Below are positions 1 to 10,441 of a DNA stretch of 64,000 nt, one piece after another (the first letter of the stretch is position 1; the number at the start of each line of letters is the position of its first letter). Source of the DNA: Candidatus Zixiibacteriota bacterium (lineage in GTDB: Bacteria; Zixibacteria; MSB-5A5; GN15; JAAZOE01); the NCBI GenBank assembly GCA_023138975.1, contig JAGLON010000006.1:42999-106998 (forward strand), in the 5' to 3' direction. The notes under the pieces are model-generated. The model worked only from the letters and a program-made list of their open reading frames with translations. It did not search any database and was not told where the DNA came from. The position numbers and the translations under genes are program-made.

Positions 1-165
1 GTCGGGCTGAATCGAGTCAAAAACAGCTTCAACCGATTCATTCATCGGCTCACCTTTACTGCCGCAGCCGATAAAAACAAAAATCCCTATACAAGCGAGA
101 ACGTTGGCTATTATTCTTATAAACACAGACTCCTCTACACGCTGTTTCGTTTCGAAAAATCCCAT
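1..165 (-). CDS. N-terminal fragment of a putative lipoprotein (continues past the left edge)
   Basis: Not in the ORF track because it is too short within the window. Reverse-strand ATG at 165 opens MGFFETKQRVEESVFIRIIANVLACIGIFVFIGCGSKGEP..., a hydrophobic signal segment ending in a lipobox-like FIGC. The frame stays open to position 1. Confidence 0.35.
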   Translation of the reverse strand, partial: MGFFETKQRVEESVFIRIIANVLACIGIFVFIGCGSKGEPMNESVEAVFDSIQPD

Positions 166-242
166 AATTATATTATCGGTAATTCTACACCTTATACAAA
201 TACAAGATACAACAAATTTCTTTTTTTTCAACCTTAGGTATA

Positions 243-272
243 ATAAAAAAGGCATAGAATGACTATGCCTTT
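243..272 (-). terminator. Rho-independent terminator after the 292..2106 gene
   Basis: Stem aggcatag / ctatgcct (251-258 / 265-272). On the minus strand a T-run follows (plus-strand ataataaaaa, 241-250). Confidence 0.5.
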
Positions 273-291
273 TATCAGAATCTTTTTTAGA

Positions 292-2106
292 CTAATATTC
301 GTATTTAAAATACTCGGTGCCAACTGTGTCCGGAGGCTGTGAATCGTCTTCCGCTTCAATAATAATTCTTTCTATTAAGGGCTTTATCTTGCCATCTTCG
401 TAGCTAAACAAGGGCACCTCAAGGTTAGACCTTGTATATCCAAAAGTTATTCTTCCGCTGGTTGCCTCATAACCACTCAGTGCTCGCAAAAACTCCGCTA
501 CATCGCCCGGTCCGCGTTTTCCTTCCCGTTGCGCCTGAGCCAAGAGCATTATACCATCGTAACCCAATGCTGCCAGCCGGTCGGGCTGAATACCATACTT
601 ACTATCATAAGCCGTTGCAAATTCCTCATATCCAATAGAATTGACAACCGCTCCCTTACTTGAATAGAAAACAACATCCTTGATTACTTTTTCCCCAAGC
701 TTCAAAACCTTGGGCGAATTCCATTCATCGGTTCCAAGGTATGAAGCGTTTACCCGATAAAAATCGAATTGAGGCAGGATTAAGAATAACTGTTGCTCGG
801 TAGCAGGAATAAAGACACCATCAAACTCAACCGCCACTTCACCGGGACGCAAAGTATCCCCCTTGAGAGTCACAAAGAAAGTCGAGTCATCAACCGATCC
901 CATAACCGCCTCTTTTATATCGCGGATATAAGGGCCAAAATCTGTTTCGCCCGGTCGAAACCGCTCAAAAGCCAGTACTCTGGCACCCAGCCGTTTGACC
1001 TCGCGCACAAAGGACTCAGCCATGGTTAACTCGTCAATTGAGGTAGGAGATATCACGGCCAGAGTTGTCATTCCCCGATTTTTAACCGCATATTGTGCCA
1101 TCCCTCTGCCAATTGTTTGCATGTTGGCTGAGAGTTGAAAACTATTTCGGGATAAATCGGTAAATCCAGCCTGTGTTGCCGCCGGAACAAGCAACGGGGT
1201 CGTCTTGCCACTCAACGCCGCCGCAGTCGTCGCCGCCACGTTTGATAAAAGCGGTCCGATTATAAGATCAACCATTGCCTCAGACAGTACAAAGGCCTGA
1301 CGGGCAGCCGTAACATTATCAGCCTTAGTATCATAGGCCAGTATTTCTATCGCAATATACTGGCTTTTAAGCTCCTCTGCCGCCAACATTGCGCCGTCGA
1401 GAATCATCTGTCCATACTTACTATAAGGACCAGATAATGGTACCATAACACCGACCGATAGTTTCCCCTTAGTCGCCTTGGGAATGTCCTGCTTCTGGTA
1501 GAGATCCTTCGAACATCCGGCCATAAAGCTATCGATTGACTGCTCACCCCAGTACCCTTTCATAAGGAAAGCAACCCGAGCTTTTATCTGACAGGCAATA
1601 TCTCCCGGTATCAGATGTAGAACTGAGTCAGTCGGAAAATAACCAGCTTCGATTGAGGCAAAAAGAGAACGTTTGCTCAATCGCCTCAATTGTTTATCGC
1701 TCGATTCTTTATAGGCTAAAATGTAATTTCTAAATGAGCTTTCCAGGCGGCCTCGACGATACTGACAATTAGCGAGCAGATGATGAGCATAGGGAAGCAA
1801 ATATGAATTAGGGTACAGCGACGAGTAACTTATCAAAGTTTTCTCGGACTGCTTAAAATCACCCAGATGATACAGTGATCGCGCCAATCCATATTGATAT
1901 ATATCCCGATATTGAGAATTCTTAAATCCGCGCACGAGCTCACGATAAGCATCCGACGCGGCGGGATAATCTTTCTCCCGCATCAATCGCTGGGCCCGGG
2001 CAAAAGCTGATTGCGCCCGAGAAAACTCATCGGGCAACGTCTGACCAATAGCAAAAACCGGACTTAGGAGAGAAATTAATACTGTATATAATATCAACCT
2101 TTTCAT
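292..2106 (-). CDS. Secreted TPR-like plus type-I periplasmic-binding-fold protein (LivK/LpoA-like)
   Basis: Start moved from 2214 to the ATG at 2106, giving MKRLILYTVLISLLSPVFAIGQ, a signal peptide. The N-terminal third is helical-repeat-like. The remainder resembles Leu/Ile/Val-binding-type periplasmic proteins (LSVGVMVPLSGPYSKYGQMILDGAMLAAEE). Confidence 0.7.
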   Translation of the reverse strand: MKRLILYTVLISLLSPVFAIGQTLPDEFSRAQSAFARAQRLMREKDYPAASDAYRELVRGFKNSQYRDIYQYGLARSLYHLGDFKQSEKTLISYSSLYPNSYLLPYAHHLLANCQYRRGRLESSFRNYILAYKESSDKQLRRLSKRSLFASIEAGYFPTDSVLHLIPGDIACQIKARVAFLMKGYWGEQSIDSFMAGCSKDLYQKQDIPKATKGKLSVGVMVPLSGPYSKYGQMILDGAMLAAEELKSQYIAIEILAYDTKADNVTAARQAFVLSEAMVDLIIGPLLSNVAATTAAALSGKTTPLLVPAATQAGFTDLSRNSFQLSANMQTIGRGMAQYAVKNRGMTTLAVISPTSIDELTMAESFVREVKRLGARVLAFERFRPGETDFGPYIRDIKEAVMGSVDDSTFFVTLKGDTLRPGEVAVEFDGVFIPATEQQLFLILPQFDFYRVNASYLGTDEWNSPKVLKLGEKVIKDVVFYSSKGAVVNSIGYEEFATAYDSKYGIQPDRLAALGYDGIMLLAQAQREGKRGPGDVAEFLRALSGYEATSGRITFGYTRSNLEVPLFSYEDGKIKPLIERIIIEAEDDSQPPDTVGTEYFKYEY

Positions 2107-2264
2107 CCCGCTAATGTAGACGCTTATTGCCCCAGGGGAAAGTAAAAAATGCAGCCTAAGATTCTCCGTCTTTACTTTCCATCTTTTTTTAATCGGAGGG
2201 TAATTAGTTCTCACTCTCCAGCCGGTTTTTTGTATAATAAGTAAGACTTTTTAGGGAGAACTTT

Positions 2265-2891
2265 ATGAAATACAAAGCCAACATTTTTCGATTTCTGCTC
2301 ATCCTGATTGCATTCCTTTTTGTGACCGACACTGTGTTGGCCGACAAACAAGGCGCAATGAAACGTAGAAAAGCCGCTCAGGTCGATAAATACGATGAAA
2401 TATTAAAAATGGAGTGGCCAGCCAAAGCAAAATGGGCCTCATCTGGCATCCATAATTCCGGAAATAATACTATTGAGTTCTTCTATCCCCAGGGACAATC
2501 GTCCAGTAGTTGGACTGAAATGGGCTCAATTGAAATAAAACCACTTACTAAAACAGTCAACTTAACCGGCCTGGGCCGAATGATATTCCTTGGGACCAAA
2601 GAGAGCAGCCCCGGTACCGAATGGAAAATTCTGTACAAAGGAAAAGATGACAACGATTTCTCATACATTGTATTTGAAATAATCTGCCCTGATTTCATTA
2701 GTGGTGAGAAACCGCAGACCCAGTATTGGAAAATGATCCACGGTTTTCAATTCCTGTTTACCGTTCAGTATTCGTATAAAGATATCGATGTTCCCGATGA
2801 GTTCCAATTGCCGATACTGGAAGCGATAAACAATGCCTCCGTTAAGCTTGTAGAAAAGAAAATTGAATCAGAATCAGACAAAAAAGAATAG
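2265..2891 (+). CDS. Secreted hypothetical protein
   Basis: 208 aa ORF with N-terminal signal peptide (IFRFLLILIAFLFVTDTVLA). An RBS-like GGGAGA lies upstream and a strong terminator downstream. No family recognised. Confidence 0.6.
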   Translation: MKYKANIFRFLLILIAFLFVTDTVLADKQGAMKRRKAAQVDKYDEILKMEWPAKAKWASSGIHNSGNNTIEFFYPQGQSSSSWTEMGSIEIKPLTKTVNLTGLGRMIFLGTKESSPGTEWKILYKGKDDNDFSYIVFEIICPDFISGEKPQTQYWKMIHGFQFLFTVQYSYKDIDVPDEFQLPILEAINNASVKLVEKKIESESDKKE

Positions 2892-2915
2892 CAACCACAG
2901 ATAGCGACTATAAGG

Positions 2916-2947
2916 CCGGATACCGCAATCAGTATCCGGTTTTTTTT
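2916..2947 (+). terminator. Rho-independent terminator
   Basis: Perfect 8 bp stem ccggatac / gtatccgg (2916-2923 / 2932-2939) followed by T8. Confidence 0.75.
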
Positions 2948-3080
2948 ATACTTGGTTGAATAATAGCCAAATTTCCATATATATAGATTAAAAGTATCTG
3001 TCGCAAAATTGCACCTTTTTTATGCGACTATCGTACAATACAACATACCAAAATAGGGCTTGTTGGAAAAACCCAGCAAC

Positions 3081-3135
3081 GTCATAGCGAGGAGCATCAG
3101 CTATAGTCCCACCCCGTGGGGCGACGTGGCTATCT
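3081..3135. repeat. Hairpin repeat module GTCATAGCGAGGAGC...GGCGACGTGGCTATCT with a nested CCCAC-N-GTGGG / CTATAG module
   Basis: Both arms are shared with 63744..63783 (gtcattgcgaggagc...ggcgacgcggcaatct). The loop here carries ctatagtcccaccccgtgggg, which recurs in other intergenic clusters. Confidence 0.6.
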
Positions 3136-3223
3136 GCTTGCAGTTCATATTTATGGATAATACATCATTGATGTTTATGAATGGTTTTATATCTTTTTCA
3201 CCAGGCCTAAAGGGGTTAAAATC

Positions 3224-3718
3224 ATGAGCTGGTGGGAAATAGTATTATTTATATTGTCGCTAATTATAATGCTGGCCGGTCTAATCGGAACTCTCCTGCC
3301 CATTATACCCGGAACACCACTTATCTTTGGAACTATTCTTGCTTATTCATTAATTGACGGTTTCGAGGCTATCAACGGTAATACCATAGCATTGCTGGCT
3401 GTCCTGACCGGAATATCATTGATTCTCGATTACCTGGCGATAGTGTTCGGTGTAAAAAAAATGGGCGGTTCATATTTCGGAGTTTTTGGGGCTCTGGTCG
3501 GCATGATTGTCGGACTGTTTTTCTGGGCCACTTTGGTCGCCATTATTATCGGCCCTCTAATCGGCGCCATTCTCGCTGAAATGCTTATCGGTAAAGAATC
3601 AAAAGTTGCTCTCAAGGCCGGTTTTGGTTCTTTCATCGGGTTCTTGGTCGGAGGAGCGGTGAAATTTGCCATTGCCGCCACGATGATAGGCATTTTTATC
3701 TGGAATGTTCTGGCCTAG
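3224..3718 (+). CDS. DUF456-family integral membrane protein
   Basis: 164 aa with about 4 TM segments. The N-terminus LAGLIGTLLPIIPGTPLIFG is typical of DUF456 as I remember it. Confidence 0.65.
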   Translation: MSWWEIVLFILSLIIMLAGLIGTLLPIIPGTPLIFGTILAYSLIDGFEAINGNTIALLAVLTGISLILDYLAIVFGVKKMGGSYFGVFGALVGMIVGLFFWATLVAIIIGPLIGAILAEMLIGKESKVALKAGFGSFIGFLVGGAVKFAIAATMIGIFIWNVLA

Positions 3719-3809
3719 GGTTCGCTCTTTTTTATAAGTTTTTTCTCGAATATCAGCCACAATCATTCATATAATGTACTAATAGATTGAAATAACCAGA
3801 GGAGCAGGA

Positions 3810-4469
3810 ATGGAATCGGAAGTTTTTAAACGAACGTCGAGCGAGGGAACCGTCATCAACGCTCATCTCTATAATTTTATTATTGGTATGACGCTCTGCT
3901 GGGGCTTTTTTATTAACTGGATCATGGTTGAGGGTATCGACCCGACGACTCTTTCTCATATAAACCCTATCCTATTTTTTATCGGGTATCTTGGCTGTTG
4001 CTTCCTGGGAATATATCTTTTTAAGAAATCAAGCAACCCTCTCGTCAGTTTCCTTGGCTACAATCTGGTTGTTATTCCCTTTGGATTTATTATTAACATT
4101 GTTGTGGCGCAGTATGATCCTCAAGTAGTTCTGGAAGCTATCCAGGTCACATTTGTGGTTACCGCCGCCATGATGATACTGGGAACACTGTTTCCGAAAT
4201 TCTTCCAGAAAATTGTCGTAGCATTAACAATAGCATTGGTTCTCGTTATTATTTTCGAATTAGTCTCGATATTTTTTCTGAAAACCCAATATGGAATTGT
4301 TGACTGGATTGTGGTTCTTATTTTCTGCGGTTATATCGGTTATGACTGGGGACGGGCCAATCAGATTCCCAAAACAGTTGACAATGCTATCGACAGCGCG
4401 GCGGCGTTATATATGGATATAATAAACTTATTCCTCCGCCTGTTACGAATCATGGGGCGCAGGAAATAG
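3810..4469 (+). CDS. Bax inhibitor-1/YccA-like membrane protein
   Basis: 219 aa polytopic protein. The C-terminal AAALYMDIINLFLRLLRIMG matches the conserved family tail (LYLDfiNlFl.lLr). Confidence 0.6.
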   Translation: MESEVFKRTSSEGTVINAHLYNFIIGMTLCWGFFINWIMVEGIDPTTLSHINPILFFIGYLGCCFLGIYLFKKSSNPLVSFLGYNLVVIPFGFIINIVVAQYDPQVVLEAIQVTFVVTAAMMILGTLFPKFFQKIVVALTIALVLVIIFELVSIFFLKTQYGIVDWIVVLIFCGYIGYDWGRANQIPKTVDNAIDSAAALYMDIINLFLRLLRIMGRRK

Positions 4470-4533
4470 ATCATATGTTCAAAAAAAAGTATGAAATGAG
4501 GGATGGGTTATCAGTGCAGGTTTCTTTGTCTAT

Positions 4534-4779
4534 TTATAAATAACTTGCCAACTTATTCAAAATCGGGAAGGCAATACTTATTATGCCTATAAAAACATAG
4601 ACAATCTTATAGAAGCGAAATAATTTGGGGTTATTTTCTCTTGAGATAAAACTGAGTTGCCCCAATATTGAGCCGATTTTCTCCGCCCGGATCACATATA
4701 ATAAAACCAATAGCCCAAAAAGGACAGAAATTATTGACCAGATATCGGTTGATTGCATCTTATATACCAAACTCCTCAA
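4534..4779 (-). CDS. Small two-TM hypothetical protein
   Basis: 81 aa ORF with two hydrophobic segments. AT-rich and without recognisable homology, so it may not be expressed. Confidence 0.3.
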   Translation of the reverse strand: MRSLVYKMQSTDIWSIISVLFGLLVLLYVIRAEKIGSILGQLSFISRENNPKLFRFYKIVYVFIGIISIAFPILNKLASYL

Positions 4780-5060
4780 TTTGCTATACCGTTGTTACCC
4801 TCTATAATAAACTGACAGAAAAATAAACAAAAAACAGACTCTTCCGGCAACTTTAATATTTTATAGAACAAATCTGAAATTTATCCGTAATAGAAAGTAC
4901 TCACCTACTTGATAGTTTTAACCAGGGCGCCTCTATCCGTTTGTCTAATCTATTGTGCCTAAACACGTTTCATGAGAAAAACCAATTATTTTTGCAAGAA
5001 TATTAGTTTTAGTGCAAAATCCATGTTGATGCAACATTAATAAGGTAAGGATAAAATCAC

Positions 5061-7370
5061 ATGGCAAAAATCTCCTATCTCAGGCAACTGCAAACCCTTC
5101 TAATTGCGGTAGCAATAGGAGCCCTATCACTCACTTCCGCTATATGTGCGGACGACAGCTTTTCACCGGTTTATAATCCAACGATGAAAACCATGCCAGC
5201 GTCGAGCAAAATCAGTATCGACGGCAAGCTTGATGACGCCGGCTGGAAAAATGTCGAAAAAATCTCACAGTTTGTTGAACGTGATCCCGGCGATCAAATC
5301 AAGCCGGAAGTTCGGACTGAAGCTTTTATTACCTATGATGACAACTACATCTATGTTGGATTTATCTGTTATGATGACCCCGGTCAAATCCGGGCCACAA
5401 TGTGCCAGCGCGATAGATTCTTTGACGACGACGAAGTCGCCGTAAGTCTTGATACGTATAGTGACGCCTCGCGCGCCTATATGTTCCATGTCAATCCCTA
5501 CGGTGTACAAAAAGACGGCTTGTGGACCAGTATCAGCACCTTTGGGGTCAACTACGGAATTGATTTTATATGGAAATCGGCAGCCCAAAGAACCGAAAGA
5601 GGTTATCAGGTGGAAATCGCGATTCCATTTGCCAGTATCAGATTCCCCGATAAAGAAGAGCAATCCTGGAAAGTGGATTTGCGCCGTAAGCGCCCGCGCG
5701 AAAGCTCATACTTTTACGGCTGGGCCGCACTTGACCGCAACGAACAATGCTGGCCCTGTCAGTGGAGCACCGTTACCGGTGTGAAAAACGTCAAGCCGGG
5801 CAAAGGTATTGAAATACTGCCCACATATATCGCCTATCAGTCTGGCAGCTTTGTACAAGCAACCGATAATTTTGATAACCATGATGTTAAAGGCGAACCA
5901 TCCATCATGAGTAAGTATTCGATATCATCGGATATTACTTTTGAAGGAACTCTAAACCCTGATTTTTCCCAAATTGAGGCCGACGCCGCCCGTATCGACG
6001 TCAACTCTACCTTTGCTCTCTTCTTTCCGGAACGCCGACCGTTCTTCCAGGAAGGCAGCGACATCTTCCAGACCCTGTTTAACGCCTATTACACCAGAGC
6101 TATTCAGGATCCGAAATACGCAGTTAAATTTACAGGCAGAAAAAACCGGATGAGCTTCGGATTTGTCTCAGCCTTAGATGAAAACACTCCTTATATAATT
6201 CCTTTGGAAGACGGCAGTATTAACCTCAATGCCGGCGAAAGTTATGTGAATGTTTTTCGGGCCGCTCAGTCTTTCGGTCAGGATTCACGCTTGGGCTTTC
6301 TGCTAACCGACCGCCGGTTTAAGAAAGACGGCTATGGAACGACTGTTGCGCTTGATGGTGATATCAGACTGTCTCAAAACTATAGTATCGATGGGCAATT
6401 TGTCTATAGTTTTACCGGTGAATCTGATGACACAGCCTTTTTTATGAACACAACAACATTTGATCATGGGAAACATAATGTCGGATTTGACGGTGAATCG
6501 TATCAAGGTTACGCCTTTATCAGTCGGTTTTTACGCAGAGGCCGTCACTTCAATTTTGTTTTGGATCATGATGTTGTCGGCCCGGCCTATCGTACCGAAA
6601 CCGGTTTTGATCCGGTTAATAATCACCGGACGATAATGGCCATTTCATCCTATACCTTTTATCCGGAAAAGAGTATTTTCCAGCGCATTACCCCGCGCCT
6701 TAACAATTTCAACCGCTGGAACTGGGATGGGGCCAAAAAATTCCAGAATATTAACATAGGTGTAAACAGTCGCTTGAGATTCGCACAAACATCAATCGAT
6801 ATTGTTTATCACCACGGTCTGGAGCAGTATGCCGGTACTGAATTCAGAGATTTGGGAAGCGCTGACCTCAACATTAGTCTTCGCCCGAGCGATCAGTTCG
6901 GTTTATTCTTTGGACTACACTATGGTGAACAGATTGCCTATTCCCATATTGAGAGAGGAAATCAGTTCGGGGCTAATATTTTTGTGTCTCTGAAACCAAT
7001 CAGCCGTATTACTATCGAACCGAGTTTTAATTTTTCTGAAAACATGAAGAAAAACAACGGGGGGGAATTCTTCAGACAGATCGTAACCCGTACCCGATTA
7101 CAGCTTCAGGCTAATCGTGAATTATCACTACGGCTGGTTGTGCAGTATGTCGATACGAGAGTCCCTGATTTTGAATACATACGTAAAAGCTGGAGTATTG
7201 ATCCTCTAATCACCTATCGCCTAAGCTCATTCTCGGTGTTTTATATCGGCTCCTCAAACAACTATCAGCAATTCACCAGTGTGGATGTTAACTCCGTTAA
7301 TCCGAAAACCGATTGGAAGCTCAACAACCGGCAGTTTTTCATGAAATTGCAATATCTCTTCCAAACCTAA
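5061..7370 (+). CDS. CBM9-like / DUF5916-type secreted or outer-membrane protein
   Basis: 769 aa with a signal peptide. The N-terminal ISIDGKLDDAGWKNVEKISQFVERDPG...FITYDDNYIYVGFICYD is the CBM9/DOMON-like motif that precedes a long beta-rich DUF5916-type region. The protein ends in aromatic residues (QYLFQT). Confidence 0.6.
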   Translation: MAKISYLRQLQTLLIAVAIGALSLTSAICADDSFSPVYNPTMKTMPASSKISIDGKLDDAGWKNVEKISQFVERDPGDQIKPEVRTEAFITYDDNYIYVGFICYDDPGQIRATMCQRDRFFDDDEVAVSLDTYSDASRAYMFHVNPYGVQKDGLWTSISTFGVNYGIDFIWKSAAQRTERGYQVEIAIPFASIRFPDKEEQSWKVDLRRKRPRESSYFYGWAALDRNEQCWPCQWSTVTGVKNVKPGKGIEILPTYIAYQSGSFVQATDNFDNHDVKGEPSIMSKYSISSDITFEGTLNPDFSQIEADAARIDVNSTFALFFPERRPFFQEGSDIFQTLFNAYYTRAIQDPKYAVKFTGRKNRMSFGFVSALDENTPYIIPLEDGSINLNAGESYVNVFRAAQSFGQDSRLGFLLTDRRFKKDGYGTTVALDGDIRLSQNYSIDGQFVYSFTGESDDTAFFMNTTTFDHGKHNVGFDGESYQGYAFISRFLRRGRHFNFVLDHDVVGPAYRTETGFDPVNNHRTIMAISSYTFYPEKSIFQRITPRLNNFNRWNWDGAKKFQNINIGVNSRLRFAQTSIDIVYHHGLEQYAGTEFRDLGSADLNISLRPSDQFGLFFGLHYGEQIAYSHIERGNQFGANIFVSLKPISRITIEPSFNFSENMKKNNGGEFFRQIVTRTRLQLQANRELSLRLVVQYVDTRVPDFEYIRKSWSIDPLITYRLSSFSVFYIGSSNNYQQFTSVDVNSVNPKTDWKLNNRQFFMKLQYLFQT

Positions 7371-7406
7371 AAGCACCTGCTATGTGGTTATTGACATCAC
7401 ACCACG

Positions 7407-7438
7407 GGCGGCTCTTGCAATGAGAGTCGCCTTTTTTT
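7407..7438 (+). terminator. Rho-independent terminator
   Basis: Stem ggcggctct / agagtcgcc with one mismatch, followed by T7 (7432-7438). Confidence 0.6.
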
Positions 7439-7470
7439 AGGATTCCTGATTTCATAAATAAATTTTACAA

Positions 7471-7498
7471 AAACAAAAAGGGCGCCGAAGCGCCCTTT
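7471..7498 (-). terminator. Rho-independent terminator of pfp
   Basis: Stem gggcgc-cgaa-gcgccc. The minus strand reads ...gggcgcttcggcgccctttttgttttt. Confidence 0.65.
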
Positions 7499-7520
7499 GA
7501 ATAATTATCTGGATAATAAC

Positions 7521-8723
7521 TTAATCGCTAGTCATAATAAACTGCGGCTGCATCTCAAAACTGCGATAATGCGGGCGCAGGCGATCAATATTATAATGCT
7601 TTTCGACATTGACAAATTTCTTAGTGCTGGTCACGACATCAATCGGAACATTATCATAGCGACCGTTTTTCAAAACTACCAGCCGCCCATGAATACCGGA
7701 TAATATTAAATCAAGAGCCAGATTGCCATAGGCCATCGGAACGATTGAATCAACCGCATCGGGGTCACCGCCTCGAACCAAATATCCCAGACGCTGAGTT
7801 ATTGTATTCAGGGCTTTGCCGCCGTTATATTTCGGTGATAATTCCTTGATCTTGGCCGAAACCATATCTCCGATACCACCCAGTTTTGCATGACCATAGG
7901 CATCTCTTTCCTGATCCTGAAAGATCATCTCGCCCCCATCGAACATGGCTCCTTCGGAGACCAGAACGATTGAGTATTTACTTGGATTACTGTTTCTATC
8001 GGCTGTTAATAGCTCGGTCAAATGCTCCATGCTAAACTTATATTCCGGGATGACACAACGGTTAGCGGCACCGGCCATAGTTGGCAGCATAGCTGTAAAT
8101 CCGGCATAACGACCAAAGACTTCCAGAACCAAAATCCGTTCGTGAGATCCCGCCGATGTCCTCAAGCTGTTTGTCATATGAATTGTTCTGGTAACACAAG
8201 TCGAAAAGCCAATACAGTAATCGGTTCCCGGGACATCATTATCCATTGTTTTAGGCATGGCGATGACCTTAAAGCCCTGCTTAAAAAGATGAACACCATA
8301 GCTTAACGTATCGTCACCGCCAATCGGAATCAGGTAGTCAATACCAAGAAAATCGAGATTCTTGATAACTTCCGGAGTCATATCATTCATTTCGTCTTTG
8401 TATTTATCCTTATAATGATCCGGTACGGACTCTTTCGCCACATGACCCGGATGAGTCCGTGAGGAGTGTAAAAATGTGCCTCCGGTACGCCCGGTTCTGT
8501 TAACAATTTCTTCGGTCAAGGTCAGGTAATTCCTGCTGTTGTCAGCTTTTTTATCGCGAATTATTCCAACCGCTCCGGCCCAGCCGCGTTTTAGACCAAT
8601 AACCTGATAACCTTCACGAAGAGCACGAATCGTTATGGCACGGATTGCGGGATTAAGACCCGGGACATCACCGCCGCCCGTTAATATTCCAATAGTACCT
8701 TTTTTCCTCTTTATATTTGCCAC
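7521..8723 (-). CDS. pfp: 6-phosphofructokinase, probably pyrophosphate-dependent
   Basis: PFK family motifs GILTGGGDVPGLNPAIR and MPKTMDNDVPGTDYCIGF. The active-site segment reads PIGGDDTLS (GGDD rather than GGDG), the classical PPi-versus-ATP discriminator. Confidence 0.85.
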   Translation of the reverse strand: MANIKRKKGTIGILTGGGDVPGLNPAIRAITIRALREGYQVIGLKRGWAGAVGIIRDKKADNSRNYLTLTEEIVNRTGRTGGTFLHSSRTHPGHVAKESVPDHYKDKYKDEMNDMTPEVIKNLDFLGIDYLIPIGGDDTLSYGVHLFKQGFKVIAMPKTMDNDVPGTDYCIGFSTCVTRTIHMTNSLRTSAGSHERILVLEVFGRYAGFTAMLPTMAGAANRCVIPEYKFSMEHLTELLTADRNSNPSKYSIVLVSEGAMFDGGEMIFQDQERDAYGHAKLGGIGDMVSAKIKELSPKYNGGKALNTITQRLGYLVRGGDPDAVDSIVPMAYGNLALDLILSGIHGRLVVLKNGRYDNVPIDVVTSTKKFVNVEKHYNIDRLRPHYRSFEMQPQFIMTSD

Positions 8724-8969
8724 TTTATCTCCTCAATAAGTTACTTATAAGTTCCTCTTTTAAATTACCCCAATTTAACCGATTTCCCTATTCTGTCAAT
8801 CGGCATTTTCCTCAATTTCCAATATAGTAGAAATACGTTTTTCAGATGATTCCTGTAGCCAATTATAAACACGCGTCCGGTACTGGACCCGTATTTGGTT
8901 TTACAACCAAATAAACTATTTCCTTGCGCATAAGTTCATTATACCGTTTTATCCGGCTCGGAGGTATTA

Positions 8970-9713
8970 ATGTCAATTTACAAAAAGTTCGCCGCTGTTT
9001 ATGATCAGATGGGCGAAGATAATTTCTCGGTTCAAATGTTCAACTATACCAACCGGATTCTCAAACGTCTTCGCTACCGGCCCAAATCGGTTCTTGATAT
9101 AGCCTGCGGTACCGGAACGGCGGCGGTTCTATGGGCTCAGAAGAATACTATCACGCATGCCATTGACGGCTCGGCCGATATGTTGAAAATGGCAAAAACC
9201 AAAGAAGTCGAAAACGGAGTCCGGATTGAGTTTTCAAAACAATCTTTGACAAAATTCGAAGTAAATCGAAAATTTGACCTGGTAACCTGCTATTTCGATT
9301 CGCTAAACTACCTCCCGTCACTTGATGAGATTACACAAACTTTCAGTTGCGTAAAAAAGGCGCTCTACCCCGGCGGGTATTTTATTTTCGATGTAAATAC
9401 GCCCGAGGCCATGAAATATCTCTGGGGAGGCGAAGTCTTCGCCGATGAGACCAAAGATCTGGCCTGGATTTGGAAAAATTTGTATTTCCCCAAAGCCAAA
9501 ACGGCCGAAGTCCATGCCACCTTCTTTGTTCGTCAGGGAGAAATCTGGGAGCGGTTTGAGGAAGTCCATTCTGAGCGGGGATATACTGTTACAGAGATGA
9601 AACGGGCCCTGAAGGCATCGGGATTCAAAATTGTAAATGTCTATGATTGTTTGAGGTTTGTTAAGCCTGATCGGAAATCCATGAGAATTGCGGTAGTGGC
9701 GACCCCTAAATAG
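8970..9713 (+). CDS. Class I SAM-dependent methyltransferase
   Basis: Motif I VLDIACGTGTAAV, then an acidic residue after beta-2 (HAIDGS) and post-I/II motifs. Confidence 0.8.
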   Translation: MSIYKKFAAVYDQMGEDNFSVQMFNYTNRILKRLRYRPKSVLDIACGTGTAAVLWAQKNTITHAIDGSADMLKMAKTKEVENGVRIEFSKQSLTKFEVNRKFDLVTCYFDSLNYLPSLDEITQTFSCVKKALYPGGYFIFDVNTPEAMKYLWGGEVFADETKDLAWIWKNLYFPKAKTAEVHATFFVRQGEIWERFEEVHSERGYTVTEMKRALKASGFKIVNVYDCLRFVKPDRKSMRIAVVATPK

Positions 9714-9733
9714 CGTTATTACGCAATAAAAAA

Positions 9734-9754
9734 GGCGAGTAAGCTAAACTCGCC
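9734..9754 (+). terminator. Possible weak terminator hairpin
   Basis: Stem ggcgagt / actcgcc. The trailing tract is C/T mixed rather than a clean T-run. Confidence 0.35.
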
Positions 9755-10022
9755 CTTCCTTCTCATTAGGAGAAATCTCGTGTCTAAAAACGAAACTCAG
9801 CAATATTGTTCCTCGTAATATTATACGATAAACCACTATATTGGTTCCGAGTTTCCGTAAATTTTACAACATTATGCCTATAAATCATCGTTTAATCGCA
9901 AAAATTCAGGATTTTTATACTATTTTATCTACAATACCAACTTTTTTCAATATTCGATAAACTTTTGAATCGATTTGGCGGTTTATTTATCTAAGGGTAA
10001 AGAAACAAGAAGGAGAAACGAA

Positions 10023-10439
10023 TTGAATTTGCAAATGGACTGGAAGGGCGGTTTCAAATTTTCGGGTATCACGCACTACGGGCACGAAATTTCTACCGAT
10101 GCCTCAAAGAAAATAGGCGGAAATGAAGACGGCTACCAGCCGTTGGAACTTATCATGTTCAGCCTGATGGGCTGCACCGGGATTGACTTTATTGAAATAG
10201 CGAAAAAAATGCGCCTGGAAGTCACTGATTTGAAAATCAACGTAGACGCTACTCAGCATGACAATGCACCCCGGTATTTTACTAAAGCAAATGTCAATTA
10301 TGAAGTCACTGGTAAAAACCTTGATCCAAAAAAAATCGAGAGGGTTATCAAGTTGTCTCAGGAAAAGTATTGCAGTGCCGCAGTGACAATATCAGGCAAA
10401 ACACAATTGTCATACACTTTCTCTATTAAGGAAGGATAG
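10023..10439 (+). CDS. OsmC/Ohr-family peroxiredoxin-like protein
   Basis: Two conserved Cys contexts (SLMGCTGIDF and QEKYCSAAV). The start is probably TTG 10023, 6 nt after AGGAGA at 10011-10016, or else ATG 10035. The track start at 9975 looks too long. Confidence 0.75.
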   Translation: MNLQMDWKGGFKFSGITHYGHEISTDASKKIGGNEDGYQPLELIMFSLMGCTGIDFIEIAKKMRLEVTDLKINVDATQHDNAPRYFTKANVNYEVTGKNLDPKKIERVIKLSQEKYCSAAVTISGKTQLSYTFSIKEG

Positions 10440-10441
10440 GC

